DNA of 64,000 nucleotides from Verrucomicrobiota bacterium (GCA_016199985.1 JACQFQ010000048.1:3965-67964), one strand, 5' to 3'; positions 49,075 to 57,527 are shown, counted from the stretch's first letter. Notes: generated by a model from the sequence alone, not told the origin. Numbers and translations: made by a program.

Positions 49075-52000
49075 AAAACCTGGTGACAGCAGGAGTGCGC
49101 GCTTCTCACACTCCTCGCATCGCACCGCTCAAGTCAGTGGACTCACAAGGGTCTTCCGCAACCTCCCTGGCGGCGGTGATCGTAGCGCTGCTCTGGGTCC
49201 TGCCGGCAACCGTTGCTCGATGCGAAAACTCCTTGTTGGAGACTCTGAACCAAACTAATCGTCCGGGACGCGTCACGAGCGCTCAAAACCGCGTCGACTA
49301 TTTGTCCGCGGGCAAGGCCATTGATATTGTTCATACAAACCAGTTCCTCGATTTTGGCGAGGGGATTCGCACTGCGGAGTTGGCAAAAGCCACGGTTCAG
49401 TTCCTGGATTTGTCGCACGTGAGAGTCCGCGATCGAACAAGATTGGAGATCGTGTCGGGGTCTGTCTCGAACCAACACCCCACCATCGAGCTGGAGGAAG
49501 GCGAGATCTATGTTTCGAGTCGAGGATCTCGCGGGATCACCATTCCGTTCCAGACAAAGCACGGCAAGGGGATTCCTCATGGGACGGAATATGTCATCAG
49601 AGCGACTCCACTCGAGACAGAGATCGTCATGTTCGATGGCGAGGTGGAGTTCGAGAACGGGGTGGATCGGAAGCTTGTCGCCAGTGGCAGTCGGGCTGTT
49701 TCGTCGGCGAATTCGGAGATCCGGGTTTTTCCGATCCTCATGGGGCGCAGAATTGTTCAGTGGTGGGTCTACTATCCCGGGATTCTTGATCCAGCGGAGC
49801 TGGGATTGGAGGGGCAGGAACTCAGCAGGCTGCGTCCATCTCTAGGCGCTTATGAATTGGGTAATCTGAATTCAGCCCTGACCAACTTAAATCAACCCGG
49901 GGTCCGTGCCAGTCTGACCTCCGAGAGCGCTCGCTGCTATGAGGCGTCTCTGCTCCTTGCGTGCGGGAGTGTGGAGCAGGCGAAATCGATCCTGGAGACG
50001 ATCGGCCCGACCAACGTCCTTGCTCTGTCGCTGCGAGCCGTGGTGCATGCTTTCGAGGATCCCGCACTCGCATCAGCCTCAACCAACGCGCCAGCAACTA
50101 CGACATCCCCTTCGTCCGGATCGGAACTGGTGAAAGGCGCGGCAAGGCCAAGGCGCCGACCCGCTGGCGTTCGTAGTGAGGATACCGCCCAGGCGGTCGC
50201 GAACCTCACCGAGGGGCAATCACCCAGCTGGCTGCTTGCCGAATCCTTCCGCGCTCAGGCTGATGGAGATCTACATCGGGCATTGCATCACGCCCGGGCC
50301 GCTGTTGCAGTCTCCAAGCGCTTTGGGTTCGGTTGGTCCAGAGTCGCAGAACTCGAGTTTAGCTTTGGTAACCTCAGGGGGGCGGATGAGGCAGCGCAAC
50401 TGGCTTTATCCCTCACTCCCGAGAATGCGCAGGCATATGCGCTTCGGGGATTCCTTCTGGCGTCTACGTATCGCGTCGCCGAGGCGATTAAGGCCTTCGA
50501 TAGAGCCTTGGAACTGGATCCAGGGTTGGGGAATGCATGGTTGGGGCGAGGCCTTTGCAAGCGACGTGTGGCTGGTCTGGGGTGGCTGAGCAGCCGCCGT
50601 AGACTGATCGGCAAAGGATGGCTCGATGATCTCCAAACGGCGGCCGCGGTGGAACCTCGACGTTCGCTACTCCGCAGTTACGTCGGGAAATCCTTCGCCG
50701 AGCAGAGCGAGCGTGCGTCCGCCTCCAAGGAGCTGGGTTACGCGAAGCGCCTGGATCCCGAGGATCCCACCCCGTGGCTCTATTCGGCCTTTGGATTGTG
50801 GGAAAACAATCGAATCAACGAAGCGATGAGCGATCTGGAATCGTCCATCGCGCTCAATGACAACCGCGCAGTGTACCGCTCAAGCCTTCTGTTGGATCAG
50901 GATCGGTCTGTGCGTTCGGCCAGTCTGGCGCGGATTTACAGGGACGCGGCACTTCCTAACGTCGGGCTGACCGAAGCCAGTCGAGCCGTCAGCCTGGATT
51001 ACGCAAACTTTAGTTCCCACCAATTCCTCGCGGAAAGCTATGACGCGTTGAGGGATCCAACACGGTTTAATCTCCGCAATGAAACGGTGTGGTTCAACGA
51101 ATTGCTGATGGCCAACATCCTAAGCCCACCTGGGGCCGGACTGCTTTCCCAAACCTTGAGTCAGCAGGAATATGGAAGCCTTTTCGAGAGCGAGAAATTG
51201 AGCATTCGAAGCGCGACCGAGTATCGGAGCGATGGCGAGTGGCGTCAGACTGCCGCTCAGAGCGGGCAGTTTGGAGGCGCAGCCTACTCCCTTGATTTGG
51301 ATTACGAGTCCAAGAGTGGTCGACGATCGAACGAAACGCTCGATCGGAAAGAGTGGTTTTCTCAAGTCAAACAGCAAGTGACCGATCGGGATTGCGTTTT
51401 TCTCATGACCAAAGTGTTGGCGCTTGAGGCTGGGGACAATTTCCAAAGGTACGATCCATCGGCCGTCGACACCCACTTCAGACTGAACGAGACCCAGACG
51501 CCTCTCCTCGTTGCGGCGTGGCATAGGGAGTGGCAACCGGGAAGCCACACCACTCTGATGGCAGGGAGGCTTGCGGGGGACCTGGACATTAAGCAGCAAT
51601 TGAACGTCTGGGACGCATTTCCTGATTGGTCTAATGTCAACCAATACCGGATCGAGGATTTGCGCTATAGGAATGAGTATCAAATCACGACCGTTGAACT
51701 GAACCAAATACACCAAACCGAACGCCAGACCTGGATTGCCGGGGTGAGGCTGAACGATGGGGAGTTCAAAACCAGCACCTCTCTCGAACACGTGACAGTC
51801 GGCGGTGTGATCAATCCACTCCTCGATGCCTTTTTTGCCGCCCCGATAATCAGCGTGACGCGTGAGCCCTTTCTTCGCCTGTCTCCTTATTGTTATCACT
51901 CTTGGCTTGCGACCGAGCATCTGCTCCTCACCACCGGATTGACCTTTGATCACTTGAGATTCCCTGACAACTTTCGGTTCCCTCCCATCAACGCGGGATC

Positions 52001-52841
52001 CGACCACCGGTCCCGGGTTTCACCGAAACTGGCCCTCCAGTGGGAACCGAGCGCATCAGCTTTAGTTCGTTCAGTATATACTCGGGGATTGGGGGGAGTC
52101 AGTTTGGATGAGAGTTTTCGGCTTGAGCCCAGCCAACTCGCGGGCTTTCCCCAGGCCTTCCGGAGCATTATTTCAGAGTCCGAGGCGGGATCCGTTGCCG
52201 TTCCTGCCTATGAAGTGATTGGGATCGCGGGCGACTACCGAACACGTTTCCGCACCTACTTGGGACTGGAGTTGATGCGTTTGACGTCCAGGTCAGAAGA
52301 GTCCATCGGCGCGTTTGATGAACAGTCGGGAAGCCCTTTGCCGACCCACATCCAAGAATTGCTCAGATACAAGGAACATTCCGCATCCCTGCGAGTTGGC
52401 CAATTGCTGGGGCGGGACTGGCTCGTCGGAGCTGAGTGCGGAATGACGCGTTCACTCCTTGTGAAACGATATCCTATCATCACAGATCCGACGCCGGCGG
52501 GAAATCCGTCCAGTGAGGAGGTCGCAAACCTGCGCAGCGTCAAACTGCGTTTGATGTATCACAATCCGACCGGCCTTTTTGCTCAATGTGAATCCTCTTG
52601 GCTTTGGCAAGACGACATGAGGGCCCCTGTGGATCAGGCAAATGGTATCCTGAGCAAACCGCCTGAATCGGTTATGCAATTGGATCTGCAGGTTGGTTTC
52701 AGATTCAATAGGCGCAGGGGGGAAGTCGCCTTCGGTGTTCGAAATCTCACGGGACAGGACTACCGGCTTACGGCACTCACTCCGATCCCCGACTTGCCTC
52801 GATCGCGCGTATTCACGACGAGTCTCAGGTGGAGATTCTAG
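49071..52841 (+). CDS. FecR-domain + TPR + C-terminal TonB-dependent-receptor-like beta-barrel fusion protein (1256 aa)
   Basis: The start ATG overlaps the kinase stop (ATGA at 49071-49074). It has a signal peptide, a FecR-like region at about 49260-49720 (G..I.T......A.V.F.D.S.V.V...T.LEI......IELEEGEIYV......I....T..G....GTEY.I) and TPR-like repeats at about 50220-51050. The last 600 aa or so are alternating-strand rich and end in VRNLTGQDYRL...PRSRVFTTSLRWRF, which is a terminal Phe plus a TBDR-like last-strand motif. Confidence 0.82.
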   Translation: MKNLVTAGVRASHTPRIAPLKSVDSQGSSATSLAAVIVALLWVLPATVARCENSLLETLNQTNRPGRVTSAQNRVDYLSAGKAIDIVHTNQFLDFGEGIRTAELAKATVQFLDLSHVRVRDRTRLEIVSGSVSNQHPTIELEEGEIYVSSRGSRGITIPFQTKHGKGIPHGTEYVIRATPLETEIVMFDGEVEFENGVDRKLVASGSRAVSSANSEIRVFPILMGRRIVQWWVYYPGILDPAELGLEGQELSRLRPSLGAYELGNLNSALTNLNQPGVRASLTSESARCYEASLLLACGSVEQAKSILETIGPTNVLALSLRAVVHAFEDPALASASTNAPATTTSPSSGSELVKGAARPRRRPAGVRSEDTAQAVANLTEGQSPSWLLAESFRAQADGDLHRALHHARAAVAVSKRFGFGWSRVAELEFSFGNLRGADEAAQLALSLTPENAQAYALRGFLLASTYRVAEAIKAFDRALELDPGLGNAWLGRGLCKRRVAGLGWLSSRRRLIGKGWLDDLQTAAAVEPRRSLLRSYVGKSFAEQSERASASKELGYAKRLDPEDPTPWLYSAFGLWENNRINEAMSDLESSIALNDNRAVYRSSLLLDQDRSVRSASLARIYRDAALPNVGLTEASRAVSLDYANFSSHQFLAESYDALRDPTRFNLRNETVWFNELLMANILSPPGAGLLSQTLSQQEYGSLFESEKLSIRSATEYRSDGEWRQTAAQSGQFGGAAYSLDLDYESKSGRRSNETLDRKEWFSQVKQQVTDRDCVFLMTKVLALEAGDNFQRYDPSAVDTHFRLNETQTPLLVAAWHREWQPGSHTTLMAGRLAGDLDIKQQLNVWDAFPDWSNVNQYRIEDLRYRNEYQITTVELNQIHQTERQTWIAGVRLNDGEFKTSTSLEHVTVGGVINPLLDAFFAAPIISVTREPFLRLSPYCYHSWLATEHLLLTTGLTFDHLRFPDNFRFPPINAGSDHRSRVSPKLALQWEPSASALVRSVYTRGLGGVSLDESFRLEPSQLAGFPQAFRSIISESEAGSVAVPAYEVIGIAGDYRTRFRTYLGLELMRLTSRSEESIGAFDEQSGSPLPTHIQELLRYKEHSASLRVGQLLGRDWLVGAECGMTRSLLVKRYPIITDPTPAGNPSSEEVANLRSVKLRLMYHNPTGLFAQCESSWLWQDDMRAPVDQANGILSKPPESVMQLDLQVGFRFNRRRGEVAFGVRNLTGQDYRLTALTPIPDLPRSRVFTTSLRWRF

Positions 52842-53828
52842 AGAGCTGAGCACCTGGCGACGCTCAAGCCGGAATCATTCCGAAGCGAGCTGTGGACGTC
52901 GGATGCGGCATCAGGCTGCGTGAAGACTCCTCCAGACCGCGCCGGTTTGTCCTTTTCTTCACTTCACCTCACCTCGAGGTCGGATCCCTTGCACGCGTTG
53001 ACCCTGCGCCCGCCGTAAGATCGGGAGAAGGGTTCCTTCCACAGCCAGAAGCCTTGGGGTCCTGATCCTCGAATAAAAAAAACTCGTGATCGGTAACGTT
53101 CCGTACTGGACCACGTATCTCTCTTCGACTGCTGGCGCCAAAAAGGGACGCGGTGGTCGCCCTGATCAAAACAACAATCACAAGCCGTGAGAACACTGGA
53201 CCTTCCTTCGTCGCCGACAAGCCGCATGAAAAAGACACTCTCAACGTTGCCGCTCTTGCCAGTCCTTTTGCGGAAACGGCGCGAGGAGCCGCGCCCGAAC
53301 TGCTCCTCCGCGACAGCCCTCCGGAGTGCCTGCTTCGGCCCGAGGTCATCCTCTTGCTCAGGCCCGACGCCTCTTTCGTTTTGTCGTGACGTAGCATCAC
53401 AGCTGGCGATGACCAACGCAGTTTGGTTCGGGAGTTTAACCTTGTCCCATGAGGTCATGTCTGCAGATCAAAACATGACGACGAATCGGGGCAAGAACGC
53501 GCGGCCTACCCATGGAGTATTCCTTCCCGTGGCATTAGCGCAGGAAGCCTTTCTTCCCGTGCGCATTGGCCCGCTAGATTTCCCAAACAATTTTCCGGCA
53601 GCAGGTGTGCCGGATGAGCAACCATCCTCGACCGAGGGTGATCAGCGAACACCTGAAAGCACCGCCAACCTGCGAACCACTTGCAACAGTATCCAGCAGG
53701 CTGGCGGCGCTTTCGACGGCTCCGTGTGGAGCGATGAAAGCTTGCCGCAAGCAACACAATGCGGTCAAGCGGACCATCCTCGCGTCCGATGCTTCAACCT
53801 CGGTCGAGAAAACCTAGAAAAGAACAAA

Positions 53829-54695
53829 ATGAAACACATTGTTTCTACTGCGCAGGAGAAACGGCCGGGATGCATGGGGATGGCAACCATTGTGGCGCTT
53901 TCGCTCGTGGCGGCTACCCCGGCGATCGCCGATGTCACAAAAAGCTACTCCACTGGAAACAACTGGCTGGGAGCCGATTTGGCTCTCAGTTACGTCGACT
54001 GGGCCAGCGGGGGAAATACTTACCAAGCCAAGTTCGCGGGGGACCTGACCGGAACGGTGATCAAGAAGAAGGTGCCTCTGGTGAACGGAAACTCGAGCCT
54101 CACCATCATGGAGTCGTCAAAAGGCGTCAACAACAACGCAACGGGTTCGCTCAAACTCGCCGGGTACACCGTTGCGAATTGGAACAAGTCGTTCGGGGCT
54201 GTGAGCTATGACTTCTCCACGTCGCCGCTCTTCTCCATCAGCTACGGCGGCGAAGTGGATTATCCGATCGGGTGGTTCGCGCTGCGGCTCTCGGGAAAAG
54301 CGGAGATCAAGGGGTACGCCAAAGGGAATGTGGCCGCCACATACCATCCCACTAGTCGCAAGTTCAGTTTCCACGGATCACTCGGGCCGGCTTGCGATGT
54401 GGGGGCCTCAGCGGCCGCGAGCATTTCCGCGTGGGTGGCCGAAGTCGGGGTGGAGGGCTCGATCACCCTTATTTCAGCCAGTCTGCTCGGCAGTGTGGAC
54501 TACACCCCCCGGACCGCGGGAAACCCCGTCGTGGCGTATGCGCTGGTCGTCCAGGGCCAAAACCCCTCTGGCTCGATCAAGGTCTTCGAGAAGGTCGGAC
54601 GCGGCTGGTTTTCACACACGTGGAAACAGACCCTTGTCGATTTCCCTGGGGCAACCTGGACCATCCCGGTGACCAGTGGCACTCGCCAACTATAA
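53829..54695 (+). CDS. Hypothetical secreted all-beta protein (288 aa)
   Basis: The ATG at 53829 is followed by MGMATIVALSLVAATPAIA|DV (signal peptide with an AxA site). The mature part is rich in G/S/T/Y/V strands, with no Cys lipobox and no family recognised. The frame is open upstream to 53187, so the start is uncertain. Confidence 0.6.
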   Translation: MKHIVSTAQEKRPGCMGMATIVALSLVAATPAIADVTKSYSTGNNWLGADLALSYVDWASGGNTYQAKFAGDLTGTVIKKKVPLVNGNSSLTIMESSKGVNNNATGSLKLAGYTVANWNKSFGAVSYDFSTSPLFSISYGGEVDYPIGWFALRLSGKAEIKGYAKGNVAATYHPTSRKFSFHGSLGPACDVGASAAASISAWVAEVGVEGSITLISASLLGSVDYTPRTAGNPVVAYALVVQGQNPSGSIKVFEKVGRGWFSHTWKQTLVDFPGATWTIPVTSGTRQL

Positions 54696-54709
54696 CAAGC
54701 TTAACCAAG

Positions 54710-54740
54710 GGGCTCCAACGGACACCCTCCGTTGGAGCCC
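54710..54740 (+). terminator. Perfect 12-bp hairpin between the 288-aa gene and the HEAT-repeat gene (terminator or attenuator)
   Basis: gggctccaacgg (54710-54721), loop acaccct, ccgttggagccc (54729-54740), followed by tccttct. It covers the TTG (54732) that the ORF track uses as a start, which supports the ATG at 54765 instead. Confidence 0.5.
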
Positions 54741-54764
54741 TCCTTCTACACGTCTTGTATACCT

Positions 54765-56471
54765 ATGAACACTTCACGAAAACCTCTGTTCCTTGTTTGT
54801 GCTTTGATGCTAGCCCTCATTCTCGTCATCGCTCTGCATGTCCAACGCCGCGTAGCATCGACGCCTCCTCCTCCCAATACGGTCAGCGGCGTTGCCGATC
54901 AAACCGATGCGTTGAAGTTTCCGTCTCCGGCTTCTCCTGCCCATCCACAGTTTTCCATGCTCAAATGGAGACCGGGCGAAGGAGCCACGTACCAGCTTCA
55001 AGTGAGCGTGCGGCTGTCGGACTCTCCCGACAAGCTAGGTCAAGGCAGCGAAACACAAGTTGGCGGCAAACTGAGGCTTGTGGTTTTGGAAGCCAATGCT
55101 CAATGGATCAAGCTGGGCGCTGCCTTGCGCGATTCCTACTTCGTCGCTGGCGGTGAACGGGTCGCCCTCATGGAAAACCTGTTCAACACGACTGGGGCGA
55201 TCCTGACCCTCAGCCCGGAGGGAGATCTTACTGGCTTGGCATTTCAACGCGACCTTGCTACTGAAGACCGCGACAGCCTCCGGCTGGCCTATGGCGGACT
55301 GCAGTTTACTGTGCGCAACCTCCCAGTCTACCAGGTCGAAGAAAGTCTTCCGGGGCTCTCCGCGAAGCCATTTCACGCCGCATACCAGCGCCTGGATACT
55401 ATACACATCCGTAGGCACAGGTCTCTTCCAAGTGATCCGGACGCGCTGCCAGGAAGCGTTCACGGGATAATAAACTCCGACTTTTCAGCAACCGTAGGAA
55501 GCAGCTTCTACCTGTCGGAGTTAATGGGCTTCGAGGACAGCGTCATGGTCTTCAACGGGCAAACTCTAGTCTCCCGTATCGCCATCTCGCTCAAACAAAT
55601 CGATGACATCGACATGCCGTCTCTTCTGAGCGGCATGGTTGCGAATCCTGCCTTTCGCTTGACGTTCACGGACTCTCCATCGGCCACTCCAGGCAAGTCG
55701 GCGTCCCAGACAATGCGAGAAGAAGCTCTGGCCTCCAAATGGAAGAACGCGCCTTTCAGCCAGGTCCTAGACCCGGTTGAAACGGCTTCCACAGGTTCTA
55801 TGCAGAACGCGATCAAGCCGCTGCACGATTATGAGGAGTGGCTCAGGGTCCATTCCGACGACGGCCCATCGATGGTTTTGGACACGCTGCAAACCATGCA
55901 GACCAACCACGCCATGTCAGGCCTTCTCATCCATGGCCTTGCTCAGGCAGGGACACCTTCCGCGCGGGATGCGCTTACCTCCATCCTGAGCCAATCCGAC
56001 ACCTATCCTCCAACCGTGGCGATCCAAACAGCGGTCTCGGCCGGGGGTGCTAGCGCGCCCGACGACTCACTCAGGGCAGCGCTTGTCCCCCTCATGGATT
56101 CAAAGGTCGAGGACGAAGCTTATCGGTTGTCTGATTCAGCCCTGTTTGCGTTCGCACGGCTCGCCAAGGACGACCAGCCGTCACTGGAGGTTTTGAGGAG
56201 GCGCCTCGAGCCTTGGATGGAACCTGGCGCTCCTCAGGACGACACATTGAAGGCCCTGGGGGCGCTTGGCAACGCCGCCTTCGATGATTCACGATTCATT
56301 GCCCGTGCCTCTGAGCTGGCCAAGTCGCCTGACGCGGACACCCGCCTGGCAGCCACTGAGTACCTCGCGACGTTGCCTAACTCGGCGGCAGCCGCGTCGG
56401 CCATCGAGGAGCAGCTCTACGACCCCGACGACCGGGTGCGTGGCGCGGCGGAGAAGTTTCGCTCCAAGTAG
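54765..56471 (+). CDS. Membrane-anchored protein with beta-rich N-terminal region and C-terminal HEAT-like repeats
   Basis: MNTSRKPLFLVCALMLALILVIAL is an N-terminal anchor. The C-terminal third contains HEAT/PBS-lyase-like repeats (DADTRLAATEYLATL, LYDPDDRVRGAAEKF). No specific family recognised. Confidence 0.72.
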   Translation: MNTSRKPLFLVCALMLALILVIALHVQRRVASTPPPPNTVSGVADQTDALKFPSPASPAHPQFSMLKWRPGEGATYQLQVSVRLSDSPDKLGQGSETQVGGKLRLVVLEANAQWIKLGAALRDSYFVAGGERVALMENLFNTTGAILTLSPEGDLTGLAFQRDLATEDRDSLRLAYGGLQFTVRNLPVYQVEESLPGLSAKPFHAAYQRLDTIHIRRHRSLPSDPDALPGSVHGIINSDFSATVGSSFYLSELMGFEDSVMVFNGQTLVSRIAISLKQIDDIDMPSLLSGMVANPAFRLTFTDSPSATPGKSASQTMREEALASKWKNAPFSQVLDPVETASTGSMQNAIKPLHDYEEWLRVHSDDGPSMVLDTLQTMQTNHAMSGLLIHGLAQAGTPSARDALTSILSQSDTYPPTVAIQTAVSAGGASAPDDSLRAALVPLMDSKVEDEAYRLSDSALFAFARLAKDDQPSLEVLRRRLEPWMEPGAPQDDTLKALGALGNAAFDDSRFIARASELAKSPDADTRLAATEYLATLPNSAAAASAIEEQLYDPDDRVRGAAEKFRSK

Positions 56472-56496
56472 CCAAGCCCGCATTGTTAACAGCCCA

Positions 56497-56525
56497 ATGG
56501 CGGCGCCCTTCAGGGGCGCCGCCAT
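56497..56525 (+). terminator. Perfect 12-bp GC-rich hairpin downstream of the HEAT-repeat gene (no clear U-tract)
   Basis: atggcggcgccc (56497-56508), loop ttcag, gggcgccgccat (56514-56525). Confidence 0.4.
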
Positions 56526-56824
56526 CTCATCCCAGAAAAGCGCCGACGTGACCTCGCCAAACTGCTGAAACCCCGCTCTCTTTGTATACTCAGCCCATGG
56601 GCGGGGGCGGAGTTGGAAAAATGCTGTGAAAATCGCATATCGCCTGTCGTGACCGGCCGCCAGCCGGATACTTTCCTGCGGAAAAAGAGCCGATCTTGAG
56701 GACAACTCGGGCGGGTGTGGTCAACGACAATTCCCTGCCAATGAGTGTGGGGTAGAAACAGTCGTTAAGAAAAACCAAGCGAATGCTGCTGCCCTGACCT
56801 GTCGTCGCATTCCAACCGACACGC

Positions 56825-57157
56825 TCAAGCGGCAGATGACTTTTTCCGCTCTTCACACTGCGGTAAAATACTCAGGGAAAGTTTGAGTTCACCCAGTACC
56901 GGAACCAACGTATTCAGCGTGGGGTTAGCGCTCTTGCGAAAGAGCAGATACACATGTTGGCGACTCACTCCGGAATTTCGAGCCAACGCCGCCACATCAA
57001 TGTCCTGCGCTTCAATTACGTTCCGAAGCGCTGTGCCAAAAGCCCCCCAGTCTTGGTCTTGCGAGGACTCGCGGAAAGCAGTTTCAAGGTAAAGCGCTGC
57101 GTAGTCTTTTGAGGCGAGCCTTTTTCTTAAGTCCTCGCGATGATTTCTGGCAGGCAT
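56825..57157 (-). CDS. Addiction-module antidote protein, HigA-like HTH (dnstrm_HI1420-type)
   Basis: ATG at 57157. ...DYAALYLETAFRES.QD.DWGAFGTALRNVIEAQ.IDVAALARNSGVSRQHVYLLFRKSANPTLNTLVPVLGELKLSLSI matches the TIGR02684-type antidote pattern as I recall it. Confidence 0.78.
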   Translation of the reverse strand: MPARNHREDLRKRLASKDYAALYLETAFRESSQDQDWGAFGTALRNVIEAQDIDVAALARNSGVSRQHVYLLFRKSANPTLNTLVPVLGELKLSLSILPQCEERKKSSAA

Positions 57158-57158
57158 A

Positions 57159-57488
57159 TTATCTCTCCTGTTTGAAAATCTTCCAATAGCCCTTTGCTTT
57201 GGCGATGTCTTTGTTTTGCGTTCGCTTGTTTCCAGCGCACAGAGCAAGCGCATCTTGAATAAGAGTTTCGGGTTCATCCTGTGGGATCCATTGGCTACCG
57301 GAGAGCAGTGCGCCCCGCAGCAATGTTATGCGGCCGGGATCTTGGCAGCCACCGCATTGGTCCAGCGCATCCCCACCTGTCGCATCGTGCCCAAAACCCG
57401 GGCTGACCTCCATGCAATCCAGTAACCGTGTCTCGATCCGGCTTCCGTTGAGCTCCCGCATTCTCACCGGGGCTCGCGCCTCAGTCAC
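57159..57488 (-). CDS. Addiction-module killer protein, RelE/HigB-like (upstrm_HI1419-type), divergent
   Basis: Ends 1 nt before the antidote start, which is the toxin-first HigBA order. The C-terminus LALCAGNKRTQNKDIAKAKGYWK matches the (L)LLCGGDKS.Q..DI..AK motif. The middle carries an insertion relative to what I remember of the family. Start uncertain: GTG at 57488 or ATG at 57461. Confidence 0.5.
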   Translation of the reverse strand: MTEARAPVRMRELNGSRIETRLLDCMEVSPGFGHDATGGDALDQCGGCQDPGRITLLRGALLSGSQWIPQDEPETLIQDALALCAGNKRTQNKDIAKAKGYWKIFKQER

Positions 57489-57527
57489 AGACCCATCACA
57501 TCATCAGGGAATGCTCCACCGTGGCGT

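Noticed and set aside
53187-53828. N-terminal extension of about 214 codons on the 288-aa secreted protein
   Set aside because: It would place a typical cleavable signal peptide about 215 residues inside the protein, and the extension has odd composition. It is kept only as an open question (see findings).
42012-57488. Considered calling the low-GC block a mobile element or genomic island feature
   Set aside because: I found no integrase, recombinase, transposase, flanking tRNA, or terminal direct or inverted repeats. It is reported as a compositional observation only.
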